Shown piece by piece: positions 40,096 through 53,100 of a stretch of DNA of 64,000 bases. The stretch is from Geosiphon pyriformis uo1. Lineage: Eukaryota; Fungi; Glomeromycota. Positions within the stretch are counted from its first letter, which is position 1. Every line of letters starts with the position of its first letter. The translations under genes and the position numbers were made by a program. The DNA is taken from assembly GCA_016748015.1 (NCBI GenBank), contig JAAOMT010000197.1, positions 96,388 through 160,387 on the forward strand, read 5' to 3'. The notes below the pieces were generated by a model. That model saw only the letters and a list, made by a program, of their open reading frames with translations. It made no database searches and was not told where the DNA came from.

Positions 40096-41264
40096 CTACG
40101 CATTGGGAGATTTGTTTAGTTCGATATTGGTAGAGGCATCAGAAACTTTTTCCAATCGTTTTTTCCTTTTTTGTCGAAATCTTTCCTGTGCTTCTGCACC
40201 GCTCTTCAGTTTTTTGAGTTTTTTCTGATTCTCGATTATTGATGTCTCAGCCTGTTGAATCTTAAAATAAAGATCTTTGGCAACTTCTTCATCAATTGTC
40301 AGCTGAACAAGTTGTTTGTATTCTTCCACTTTGTTTTTAGCGTGTTCAATATCTTCGAGAGCTTGTTTTTGTGCTACCGCATTCTTAGAGGTTGGCATTG
40401 AAGCCATGATCGGTGTTTGACTGGTCGGTGAGGAAGAAATTATAGGTTCAGCAGGTTGGAGTGGAACGCTTACATTAACTAACACGATAAGTAGTTCATT
40501 AGTGGAGTTGATTGGGTCGGTTAGACCAACTCAAATGCATTACCTGTTTCGATCAAAAAGTTTTGCTGATTGGGTACTTCAAATGGTTCCAACATAGCTG
40601 AAACGTTAGATGTTTCATCCATTCGCTTCCTTCTCTTTTGCCGAAATCTTTCTTGAGCTTGTGCCCCACTTCTCAATCTTTTAAGTTTTTTCTGGTTCTC
40701 AATGATAGATGCCTCGGCCTGTTGAAGTTTTAGATAAAGATCTTTGACGAGATCTTCATCCGTTGTTAAACTAACCAGCTGCTTGTATTCTTCCACCCTT
40801 CTTTTGGCATCTTCAATGTCTTGAAGAGCTTGTTTTTGGGCAGCAGCGTTTTTTGATGTTGGCGTTGAAGGCGAATGGGAGGATTGAGTAATTTGATTCG
40901 TTGCCGAAGGAGTTATACTTACCACATGATCAATTGGGATGTTAAAACTCCCCGCCGCAGTCAGTGGCTGATTATCCGACTTTATAATGTCGATTAAATT
41001 CGTCACTTGAGAGCTGTTTACTTGAATATTAAGCAAAGTGTTTATTTCCTCATAAATCTTCTCTTTCTCTTGGTTTCGAACCAATATCCAAGCGCGGTTA
41101 GCGTCATCCAAGACTTTTTGTTTTGCAGGTCTCCATGTTTTTGCATTAACCATTTCTGCATAAGCAAAAGCATTGGCATAATAGTGATATAGGTTTGTGG
41201 GTTTCGGATAGAGATATGTTTTACTGTAGTTTGGTATTTCCAGAAAGGTATTTTGCTGCGACAT
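40096..41264 (-). CDS. Two-exon gene (41264-40544, 40478-40096; 367 aa): helical N-terminal domain plus two coiled-coil/basic repeats; putative nucleic-acid-binding protein
   Basis: 65-bp GT-AG intron 40479-40543 with ACTAAT branch joins the ORFs in frame (IET-V-NVSVP). Repeat PTSKNA.AQKQAL.DIE...KKLK.L.SGA.AQERFRQKR occurs twice. CpG retained. Confidence 0.8.
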
Positions 41265-41762
41265 ACTCCAACCTTTAAAATAATTAACTTACTATACACC
41301 AAATAATTAAAAAGCGGGAATTTTATCTTATTATGAGCTCTTACAACGCTCAAATAGCCCGGATGTTGAGAAGCCGAACAGAGCGGGGAGAAACTACGGC
41401 GCTAGACGAAGATTGTTTGTCAAATGTTTTTTTTGAAATGTAGTACATTTGCTACTCCGGGCAGCCTTTAGGTCAATTACGTCATATTCATCCAGGATAA
41501 AAATTTCCATTTTTAGAGCTATTTGCGAATGTTGCAGATGATCTACAGGAAAAATGTTTGAAAATTCATAAATTCTCCGGTGTCTCAAGTGTCGTGCTTA
41601 ATTTTTACTGCGTGGGAATTATATAAAAAGATACAAAATAATTGGTAAAACCACCTGCGGCATTGGAAACTGCGGTAAATTAGATTATAATTCCTTTCCG
41701 AGAAAAAAAGTATATAAAGAGGATGTCTTATTAAGGGAGATTCGTCTTTTGAAAATAAAAAA
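41265..41762. promoter_or_regulatory. Probable bidirectional promoter region
   Basis: ~500 bp between divergent ATGs; CpG-rich compared with the TE flanks. Confidence 0.55.
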
Positions 41763-43170
41763 ATGACGTCTTCAGAAGCATCCAAAAATCAATTTCCGCA
41801 TGATAGTCAACCTGATGATGATAATTTAGAAATTCCATTTACTAAACCTTCAGCTTGGAATGATCACGTAAAATATAATTCAATAGAAAACAGCACTAAT
41901 TCGAAACGCATAGAGCAGTATAAACACGAGAATTTAGTGAATCTTTGTGGTAATGTCCATTTTGAAATTTTGGATTTGAGAGCTTTAAATGATTATTTAA
42001 TAAAAAATCTGATCAAATTTTCGAAATTAAAAGAATGGGTCGTATCAGAAAAGGTTAATTTTTTGAAATTCCTGATGCCTTAATTGCTCCGAAAGGATTT
42101 TGGTATTAAAATCATCCATTTTTATTTTCCAATCCAGATTCATGGGTCAAACTTTTCATTCATAACTAATGGAACTGAAATTAAATGTGCCAGGAGAATG
42201 GATATCCTTGATGATAATGAATCCTTTTTTGGGTTTCAAGCAATTAAAGCAAAACTTCACGCTAATATATTTAAATTATGGAATGTAATGAAAATAAAGA
42301 ACCTCATTCGTGGTGAGAAGGTTATTGTCTATGGTGAAATTTTTGGCGGATTATACAGGCACCCAGATGTGAAACCTATCAAAGGTGCTTCGATTACTCA
42401 ATTCGGTATTGAATACTGTCCTCAGAACGAGTTTTTAGCTTTTGATGTATTCGATGGAACAGATATCCTGGATTTTGACGTTATGACCCAAGTTTTAGAA
42501 GACGCAGGGTTGCCTTTCCTTAAACCAATGGCTAGAGGTTCTTTTGATGAAGTCTTTAATTATAATCCCGATTTTATTACCACTATTCCCACTCTTTTTG
42601 GTCTACCACCCTTGCCCAATGTTAAAAATAGCAGAGCTGAAGGAGGTACAAACAAAATTAGACAAACTTTGTCCTCACATTAAAAACATAGAAATCTTAC
42701 TTTCAATTTGTATAGTGATTATTAGACCGGTTCTTCATCTTCGTACCCAGACCGGTTCACGGGTCATACTCAAAATCAAAACAAAGGACTTCGTGGAAAG
42801 AGTTAGAATGAAAAAGAAGGAATATATCAAGGAAACGAAAGAGATGCCAAAAAAGGCCTTCGAGATCTTCTATTCTCATCTGGAGACTTTTATCAACAAA
42901 AATCGCTTGACATCTGCTATTTCAAAAGAAGGTGCTTTGAATGACAGAAATATGAAAAAAATGGCAGAGCTAGTCTACCAAGATGCCTTGGAAGATCTTT
43001 TGAAAGAAGACGGGTGGCCTGAAAAATATGATGAGCTAAATGAGAAGACAAAAGGAATCATTGAGAAAAGAGCTATATCTGCTTCGACAAAAGTGATCCG
43101 AGAGTACTTGAATGAATTAGAAATTTTGAAAACATCAGGCCTATTGGAAGATTTAGATTTATCAGATTAA
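41763..43170 (+). CDS. RNA ligase 2 (T4 Rnl2/REL family), 4 exons: 41763-41949, 42034-42053, 42138-42645, 42716-43170; 389 aa
   Basis: Spliced motif I EWVVSEKIHGSNF, motif III VYGEIFGG, IIIa AFDV, IV AEGVIIRP, V ILKIK. Rnl2 C-domain INKNRLTSAISK...VYQDALED. Three GT-AG introns (84, 84, 70 bp) give 1170 nt in frame. Confidence 0.9.
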
Positions 43171-43425
43171 TTCTCTTTCTCTTGAATGAAAGCTAGGAAA
43201 GTAAATTATGAATTTTTAAGAAATTATACTTAATTAAGCCTTATATCCTTCTAAATAAAATACCGCAAGCTATTTAAACAAAGAAAGACTTTAGAAATTT
43301 GCTTTGTTTTAACAAACTTATCTGTTAAATTGTACACGAGTCAATAAAAGAGAAATAGTATATCGCTTAAACCAACCCGATTTAGGCTCATTGATGATGA
43401 ATGAATTAGCGCAATATTCCATGAA

Positions 43426-44449
43426 TTAAGCGGGAGCCCCATAAGCTTCTGGCAGTCTCTCTATCGTATATTTGCGTTTTGAAATATACATAATTGGTAT
43501 GCCTGGAATCTTGCGAATGCGTCGTTTCAAGTCGCGATCGCATGTGGCAACGATATAACATTTATGCTGAATACAAAAATTTTCAAGTAAGCATAAATTT
43601 GGTGACAAGTACAGATGTTATAAAATTACCTGTGTGGCCCGTTGGACAAGGCAATCATCGGCATATGACCCCTTATGCATACAAGGAAGTCTCTCGAAGC
43701 GAGGATCTCGCGCTACGCTATTAATCAAAAATGAGGCCAAAGGTATCATTTCATCCAATTGCATGATAAAATTCAAACCCGGTTTTCATAAATAAAGTCT
43801 ACCGTAATGCAATTCTGTATTTTGGTCCTAACTTTTCCAATTCAGCCATAACACAGTCAGTGATACAAGGAATACCTATAGCCCAAGCAAGATGTTTAGT
43901 TTCATTAAATTAGATGTTTTATAACCGAATGACACTGAATACAAACATTTAGCATATAAGCAATCCATCATAGCCTCAACAAGTTCCAACTTGTTTTGTA
44001 GCGAGAAATTGATGAAATTGGTGTCAATCAATATTTGATATGGTGGACCTAAAGCTTTATTGTGTCTGAAAAAAAGGGAGGAGGCAACTTGTGGCCTATA
44101 TTTTCACCAATAAAAACTTATAGTAAGTATAAGCTATCTTATGAAAAAACAGAGGTCATGTTAAACTTACACCTGTCGCACTGTGTTCTTTTCTTTTTCT
44201 TCTTTTTTCTTTTGTTGTTTTTCTTGTACCGCTTTCCTGAATGTTATAACAATAAATGGAGAAAAGGGTCTGGAATAAATTTGATTTGACAAGTAAAATA
44301 GCAGAGAAAATACTGACAGCCTAGCGTCGTTTGGGTTGAGCAAACGCTTGACTTGAGCAAACTTTCTGGTTCTCTTCGCTTTTCCCTGTGTATAACACAT
44401 GTCAATAAAACAAGTTGCTCGAAAGAAAGACTCTCGAAAAATTTACCAT
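43426..44449 (-). CDS. FCF1: rRNA-processing PIN endonuclease Fcf1/Utp24, 7 exons, 195 aa
   Basis: [71 protein letters not shown]. Exons 44449-44447, 44385-44318, 44236-44171, 44095-43947, 43875-43803, 43717-43630, 43566-43426 total 588 nt. Confidence 0.97.
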
Positions 44450-45354
44450 GCTTAACGGAGGTTGGAAGGAGAAACGATGGTGTACTCTAATTGAAATAGG
44501 GAAATAGAAAAATTTTGCCTATCAATAAATGCTTTATCAATCAGATTTATAATCGTGACCTTATTCTCTTCCCATGTATTACCTGCACACTCTTCAATTT
44601 TGTCCAAACTAACTTCCTAAATGCAGCCATTACCACCGTCAGTACCTCCGCTACTTCTACGCCCGTGTCTCTAGCGCAAAGCAAAAAGAGGGTCTCGGGC
44701 GACAAAAGCTTTCTCAATTTCCAAACTTGTCTTCATCTAGAGAATGCAAGAATGGCGAGCAGCTAAATACCATCCTCAAAAACAGCGATGGATGGGCTTG
44801 ACGAGAGTTTCTTTGGATACTTGATATTACTCTCAACATCTATTAATTGTTCAAATGTACAGGGAGTTGAAGAATGGTTTCACGAATTGCAGACCCGACA
44901 TGAGCATAATCAAGAAGAGAGAACATGTGTCGCAGCTGAATTAGCACAGCGAGTTGGAGTTTAAGAGCATCCCGAGACAGACGACGGCTCTATAAAACTT
45001 TCATTGGCCTCATGTAGCCAAAAAGAAGAAGTTTTTGTTGAAACGTTATAGGCTTCAGTAATTTATTTTCCGTAATGCCATTTGGCTTCAACACACCACT
45101 ACGATTGTTTAGGTTCGGCTGCTAATATCACGGATAAAACCCATTGATCAAGCGCTGACAGCAAGAGACAGAATTATTAGATGTAACACATAGCAAAAAG
45201 GCACTCGTGTTATTCACTCGCGAGTTTGACACAATCGTCATCCTGTCGTTTGAGGTGTCACACATGAGAAATCCTAAGATGAGAAAAATTACCTGAAAGA
45301 CCGTCCCGAAAATCCTCTGATGGCTACATTATCATTCCACCAACGTCTGATCGT
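44450..45354. other. CpG-retaining single-copy region: FCF1 upstream region and/or remnant of a gene disrupted by the adjacent LTR
   Basis: GC and CpG like the genes; splice-like signals on the - strand (donor 45292, acceptor 45155); no convincing long ORF. Confidence 0.4.
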
Positions 45355-46308
45355 TGTTACCGAAGGTTTTTTGGTCTCTTTTCTTGAATGTTGTTAATGT
45401 CTGTTTGTTGCTAATTTCACGTTTTCTGGAAGCAGTTAAACCTCCAATAACTGAATTTATCTTCAAATTATCTTCTATAATTTGAATTGCTGGGCTTATC
45501 AGTGGAATGGCCAATTCCGTGCCAGTTGCTTTGTGTAGTTACGTTGTAGTAAACGTCAACTCTTTCCCAGGAATTGTTCATCTGGAAGCTCACTAAAAAT
45601 GTGTAGTTACTTTGCTGTGAAAGTCAACTCTTCTACAAGAATCTCGTCTGTAGGCTACCCTAATAATTATGATAAGAAAAGAAAAGAAAAATAAAAGAAA
45701 TGTAAAAGAAATAGAATTGTGTCAAGGGAAACGTTTTCTATTCAGGCCTGGAGTTACTAACAGATTACTGAAATTGGTAGCTAATCAATTTCAAAATGTT
45801 AGTTGTGTTGAGGGAATTTCAAGTGTAATAATCAAAGGATTTGGTTTTCGAATATTTAATTTTTATTTGAGATGTGTAAAAGGTGATTTGTTCTAATTAA
45901 GATATCTAAAGTAAGATACTATAATAAGATACTATGAGAAGATACATTTTCTTGAAGAGAGAAGCTCTTCTTTTATACAACTTGTTGTAGTACTAGTCTT
46001 TGAACTTGCACTTTTCTCTTTGCTACAATTTTGGTGAACTAAAGATACATTTCGGCAAACTACAAGTTATTTCACTGAACTATTGATTATTTCGGCCAAT
46101 TTTCATTAATTTCGGCGAATTTTGACTATGTTAAATGGTTCAGGGTATTGTGTAATTTGATCATCATAATTTCTATGGTACAAATCGGATTATTGATTGA
46201 GTAATGATATTTGATAATTTGATTAAATAATAAGTGATAATCGAAATGATAATAATATATGCTAATTAATAATAGGAATTATGAGGGTAATTTCATGCTA
46301 ATTAATAG

Positions 46309-47016
46309 CTAAAATTCTACTGGTAACATAATCTCCTCCTCGAGACTGAGCTCCATCGAAGTCCAAGCACTATCTGTGATGTTAAGATAGTGGTCCAAAA
46401 TAATTGAAGTGATCTGGTCTGAAAATTGTTGAAATTTCAGTTCTGTGAGTTTGCCAATGTATTGAATTTTCATTGGTTGCAGTATTGGATTTTGTAGGAC
46501 ATTTTCGCAAGTGTTGAACAAATCATAGAGTCTAAAAGCTGCTTTAAGTTTGTAGCGAGTATTTGTTGGTCCAGCTGCTGTCTTGAATTCTTTGTGAATT
46601 TGTTTTTGTATAGCTTCAGGAGTGATGTGTGTTGCTTCAAGTTCCAGTTTTCGTTCATAAAGTGTTTTTCCAATGTGAAAATATTTATAGATAAGAGTAT
46701 GTTCATTGTTCTGTTCATTAAGAAATAGTAGAAGTTTTTGTTGGATTGTGGCATTTGGTGGAATGTTAATAGGAGCAAATAAAAGGTTTTCTTTTAGTGC
46801 TTGCTTCAAAAGTTCTGGTAATTAAATTCCAGAGTGATCTCTTGTTTTTCTTCTATAAAGATGATAATTCTGAGAATTATTTACTACTGGGATTGTGGTT
46901 TCTTTCTAAATGTAATTAATTTGACTTCCATTAATCATTATGGATAAATCAGGAAGTGTTTTCAAGACTAACATTAATTTTTGGGATATTTGTTGAATAT
47001 TTCGGGAAATAATCAT
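46309..47016 (-). pseudogene. ORF3 of family B copy 2; stop at ~46908, C-terminal 166 aa open
   Basis: Matches 35748-36455. Confidence 0.75.
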
Positions 47017-47176
47017 GATAAAATGTCTAATTAATAACAAAATTTGAAAAAAAATAAAGAAAATTATTTTTGGATATAGAATTTTTATTTGTTTTTAGGT
47101 TTGAATGTTTCTTGTAATTTTACTATTTTTGTTTTATGTTTTGTGTATTTAAAGAAGTTTTGTAAAAATGTTAAAT

Positions 47177-50100
47177 TAAGTGTTCAAGTTTGGTTGTTGT
47201 TTTATTATAACTATTGGTTCTAAATTTTAAGGAATATCTTTAAGATTAACTAAAGAGAAATGTGTACCAATTTGTGGAATTAATGGTTCAAAATTGTTTC
47301 TGAAATAATAGTGTTTTAATCAATCTCTATATGTAACTTTTGTTAGTACTTTGTCATTAAGTCTTAACTTGTATAATCTATTACCTAGAATTTCATGGAT
47401 ATAAAATAGTCTATTTTATTTGTTTTCAAATTTTCCACTCCATTGTTTTTCAGCCTTAGTTCTGTATAAAAGAACTTTATTTTCAACTTTAAATTCATTG
47501 GTAATTAGTGGTAGTTTGTTGTCATGCCTTTTTTTTTGTTAAGCTTAGGAGTGTTTAATATGAGTTGCTGCTATTCATCTTTTTTTTTTCAGTGTATTAA
47601 GAAAAGTGTAGACTTTTCTTTGAAATGTTTCTTGGAAGTTTTTTTTATTAATTGGTTGTACTAGATATGTTTCTACTGTAAAATTAATTGGTAATATTGC
47701 TGTCTTTCTATAAGTAATATCAAATAATATGTGTTTTATAGTATCTTGTTTTAGTGTTTTGTATATTAGTAACACTGATGAAATAAAAATATCTCATTCC
47801 TGTTCAAAATTCATTGAGACTTTGGCTAAAAATTCACACAATGTTTTGTTAAAACATTCTACAAGTCTATTTGTTTGAGAGTGATAAAATGATGATAGAA
47901 GTTTTTTGACATTAAATCATTTACAAATTTTTTGTATTAGATTGTTCACAAAATGTGTTCCTTGATCAGATAAGAGTTTAATTGGGCATCTATGTCTACA
48001 AATAATGTTTTCATAGATGAAATTTGCTACTGATTTTGCATCTGTTCTTTGAATGACTCTAGTTTTAGACCATTTGGTGAGATAATCTACTGCAACTGCA
48101 ATATAACAATTTCTTTGGGTTGTGATAGATAATGGTTTAACTAAATCAATTCCAACTCTGTCAAAAGATTATTCAACTTTGATTGGATTTAAAGGTTCTG
48201 TGGGGTGAGTTCCTTCTCTTCTTTGACAACTACTATAAGATTCTACATATTGTCAAATATTTTTTTGCATGTGGGGCCAAAAATAATGTTCAAGAATTCT
48301 TTGAATTGTTCCATTTCTTCCCAAGTGTGCTGAAGAAGAATCTGTGTATATGTTGTATAGAATCTCTTCCCAAGTGTGCTGAAAAAGAATCTGTATGCAT
48401 GTTGTATAGAATTGTTTCTTTTTTATTTTTTTATACTAATTAGAGTAATTGGTTTGGGTTTTTGTGATTTTTATAATAGATTTTGTTATAATGTATAAAA
48501 TATTGTTTTAATTGGTGTTGTAATCAATGTTTTTCACTTGGAGACCAATTTTCTGGTATAGTAAGAGTCTCCAAATAGTTTTTGATATTGTTGTAATTTC
48601 TGGAATCTATTGTTATTTGGTTATTTTATTGATAGATTGGTAAGTTGTGGCGGAATTGTTGTTGGTATTAATCTTGTCTCATTTTTAAGAGGCTGTTAAC
48701 ATTAGTGTATAGTTTTTTTGGTTTGTGATGTACAATATATTTGTAGTCTACTAGGAAGTCATTCTATCAAGACTGTTTGGCACTTTGTTCAGCTTTCTTT
48801 TTATTAAGCTATTTAAGACCAATATTGTCAGTTATGATGTCAAATTTTTTCTATTCTTTAAATATTGTTGAAAGTGTTTGAGAGCCCAAATAATTGCAGC
48901 AGCTTTTAATTCAGTTGAGCCATACTTGAGTTCTGTTGGTTTGAGTGTTCTACTGGCATAGGCAATAACTTGTTTTTGGCCATTTTCATCCAATTGTGAT
49001 AAGATAGCACCAAATGCTATATGTAAAGCATCAGTGGTTAATTGGAACTATTTGTTGAAGTTTGAGTAAGCAAGAACTAGGGCTGTTGTTAGCTTTGTTT
49101 TAAGGGTTTCAAAAGCTTTCTGTTGTTTTTCTATCTATTGATATAACAGGTTTTTGTTGGTGAGATAATTGAATGGTTTGGCAATTTCTGAGAATTCTTT
49201 GATGAATTTTCGATAGTAGGAGGCTAATCCTACAAATCCTTATAGCTTTGTGGTATTTTTGGGAGTTTGAAAGTTTTTGACAGCACTGATTGTTTCAGAG
49301 TTTGGTTTGACTCCATCTTTGCTAACAATATGTCCAAAAAAAATTAAACTTGTTTTTCAAAGTAACATTTTTCAATGTTTAATTTCAATTCTGCTTTCTG
49401 TAACCATTGAAAAACTTCTCACATGTAAATAAGATGAGCTTCAAAACTTGGTAAGTACATATCAGTATTATCAAGATAGAAAACTACTAATTGTCATAAG
49501 AATTCTTCATATACAACATTCATGAATTGCTGGAATGTTGTTGGTGTATTACAAAGTCCAAAAAGCATAATATTGAACTCATAATTTTTTTTTTGAGTGG
49601 TAAATGCTGTTTTGGATCGATCTTTTGAGTCTATTTCGACTTGTCAATATCTACTTTTCAAGTTTAAAGTTGAAAAAAACTTGGCTTTTCCTAAAGCATC
49701 TAGCATGTCATCAATTCTTAAGAGAGAGTAAGCATCTTCAATTGTCACATTGTTTAGTTGGTAATAGTCAACACAAAATCTGATTTTTCCATTTTTTTTT
49801 TTAACCAAAACTACTGGTAAGGCCCATGAACTTTTTGATGGTTGAATCAATCCATTATTGAGCATTCTTTAGATCTTTTTTCTGATAAATTGGTGGCTAG
49901 TAGGTGGAACTTGATAGGCTTGTTGTTATTTTAATAGAGCATCTCCTGTATGGATTTGATGTTAAACAATATCAGCTTTTCCAAGATCATTATTGTCTTT
50001 TGCAAATATATCTGCAAATTCAGCTATTAGTTGTTTCAATTGTTTTTGTTATTGAAGTTCTAAGGGACCCATATTGATTTAAGAGAGTTTTTTTTTCAAA

Positions 50101-53100
50101 AGCTGATAGCTTTTAGTAGTAGGGATGATGTTTAAGTTGAGAAGTAGGTTATATCTTATAATTTCGATGAAATTGAAAACAATTTGAGGGTTTTTATTTT
50201 GGAAAATATTGCTGTATATGATTTCAATCTCTAATTTATTTAATAAGACAATAGAATAATTATTGGAGTTGTAGAATGTAACTCAAAATTTTTTCATTTC
50301 TTTGGGAATATAAACGTTTGAGATTGAGATTTCATGCTTTAAACAGATTTGTTTATTGGATTTAAAGATTTGTTGGATAGTGGTGGGTTTTGAGCAAGTG
50401 TAAATTTCGTGATGTTTTTCAAAAAGTGAAATAGTATTGGTTGGGGAAGTTAAAAAATCTGGTAAGATTCATTATGTGTATTGAGAGCTATGTTTACTGG
50501 AACTGTGAATTGTCCAGTTAAACCAAAATCTTGAGTTCTTCTTTTACTTTTTCCCAATTGTTCTCTGTTGTTAACTGATTGTAAATTCAAAATATTAATT
50601 AAGAGTAAGTAAATTGCTTGGGCAATCTTTTCAGCATGTTCAATCTTAAATGGTTTGTCTGTTTTATTCTATAACATAATAGTAATGTTTCCAGTATATT
50701 CTGTATCTATGACTTCTTCTCTGATATTGATTCTTTTGCTTGCCAATGATGATTGAGAAACAATTTGTACCATTGCTTCTGGTGGTATTTCAAAAGTAAT
50801 TTTGAGGTTGATTTTGGTTAAGGATTTTGGTTGAAGAACTAAAGTGTTTTTGCCAGAATATTTTAAGTCATATTCTGCATTAATTTCGTGGGCTTTTTCT
50901 GGTTTTATTCCTTGTCCATTGTTGTCAAAATATTTGAGTTGTAGGGCTGGTTAATTCTCAATAAAGTAGATTGGAGTTGTTGCAATTTCTTTTTCTGGCT
51001 CAAGTTCTCCAAACTCAATTTTCTTTTGGTCATCTTTGCTAAATAAGAAAATGCTAAGGGCATAGTATTTTGAACACTATTTATTATCACAAGACATGAT
51101 GTATTCTTCACATAATTAAATGTTTATTTGCTCCAATCATTGAATTTGAGCTTCTTGAGTTGAATAAGTGTAATTTGCAATTTGGTGATATGTTTTCACT
51201 TCATTTTCATAGTTGAATTCAGCTAATTCTATTGTGTATTCAATGTATTCAGCTTCTTTCATTTGGCAGACATCTTTTTGTGTGACTCCATTGATTAAAG
51301 CCATTGCTAAATCAAAAATCATTTCAGCATCATGAGGGTAGTGGTAGAGTTTATTGAGAATACTATTGTAAGCTGCATCAAAGGATGTTCCTCTTCTGAA
51401 TTTTTTCGAGATTGATAAAACATATTGGCAGGTTTAATCACATACTCCTCCTCTTATTGCAACATCAATCCAGTTTCATTCTTCTGATAACATATTTTCA
51501 CATGTGAGGCAAGGAGTGTTGTCTTATTTTCTACTTTTTTTAGAGTATTCAAATCATTTTTTATGGCATGTTTTACAAAAGTAGCAGATATGAGTTTTAT
51601 ATTTCTCTTCTGGGGAAATACATGCTCTAATTAATAAAAGTTTTTTTTTACAATCTTTGCATTTAAGTGGAATATAAGATGGTTGTTTCTGTGGTTCTGG
51701 TGTAGAGTATCTAACTACATTCTATACTTTGATCTCTTCAAAGATTTCTTGTTCTGTTTCTTCAGCCCAATTGGATGATGATTCAAAAGTCATAAAGATT
51801 TCAGTAATTGGTAGTTCTTTCTCCTCTTCAAATTCGAATACTGGGGTTTTTTCAGATTTTTTATTAAAAATATCACAAGTGGCAGGTACTCTGGTGTATT
51901 GTCCTTGGTATGAAATCTTCAATTTTTGGGTTTTCCAATCTAAATTTGTATTGGCTTTAAGAAACCAATCATTTCTGATAAGAGCTTGGTATTGTGGTGC
52001 ATCTATGACTAAAACTTTAACTGGAATGGTGATTCCATCAATGGTGAATGGAAAGTTGTCAATTTTTCTTATTGAGGTCTTTTTCATACTATCTGCAGTA
52101 ACAATAACCATTTGGGCTGGTCTGTTGACAGTTTGTTGGAGCTGTTGTATCAATTAGTAAGTGATAATACTTTCAGCTGATCCACTGTCTAGAATTAACT
52201 AAATTGGTTTTTCTTGAACTTCAGCTTTGGTATACATTGCTGTAATTGCTTTTTGTTTATTAACTGCTGCATTGCTAAGCAAGAATAGTGATTTATTTGC
52301 TTCAAATTCAAATGAGAATATGTCTGAAAGATTGGCATTTTGGGCAATTTGAGCTGATAGAATGGTATTGTTAAAAGAGTTTGATTTTGGTGCTGCAACT
52401 TTACTTTTAAAAAGTGCAATTTGTTGAAAATCTGATTCTTCAAGCATTGTGAAATAACTGGGTTGAGTATAGTAGTGATTGGGTCTTTGCTGACCAGAAT
52501 TTTGGGGAACCAATTGGTTGTTTGAATTGATTCTATTATTATTATTCTGAAATTGATTTTGAGGTGTGAATTGGTTATGTTGAACCAATCTTTGGGCTGG
52601 TACTTGATATTGTTATGTAGGTAGTTGTTAATACTATTAGATTGGTATAAGTTGTTAATATTACTGCTGTGGAGCAGACTGATAATAATTGTTCTGCTGT
52701 TGGAGTTTTAAAGAATAGTAGGCTGATGATAGAGGCTGATAAAGAGATTGCTGTGTTGAAGAATAATATTGATTACTCCTGTTTTGTTGGTCTCTTTGTA
52801 GTTTTCTGCAGTTTTGTTTTCAATGTCTTGAAATTCCACAGTAATAACAATTTTGGTTTTGACTGTTTGATAATGATGAGTAGTTGGTTTGGTTTTGTTG
52901 TTGTGATGGCTAATATCTTTGTGTTTGTTGTTGCTGTTGTTGATTGGTGAAATAGTTTTCAACCTTTTTTGTAAGTTGGTCAATCTTTTTTTCCACTGCT
53001 GAGCTGGTTTTTCCAATAGCAAGATTCACAAATTTGATATGATTTGCTTTTTCTATTGTTATTTCATAGTTCTTTGCATGTCTAATGACTGTTGTTAAAT

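Noticed and set aside
41763-43170. Rnl2 as phage or bacterial contamination
   Set aside because: It has spliceosomal introns inside catalytic motifs and is contiguous with FCF1.
44515-44766. 83-aa ORF upstream of FCF1
   Set aside because: Starts at TTG, low complexity, no recognisable family; more likely promoter or UTR.
45332-45896. Short ORFs inside B LTRs (45332-45514, 45669-45896, 54288-54482)
   Set aside because: Interrupted in other LTR copies, no recognisable motif; openness follows the lower mutation load.
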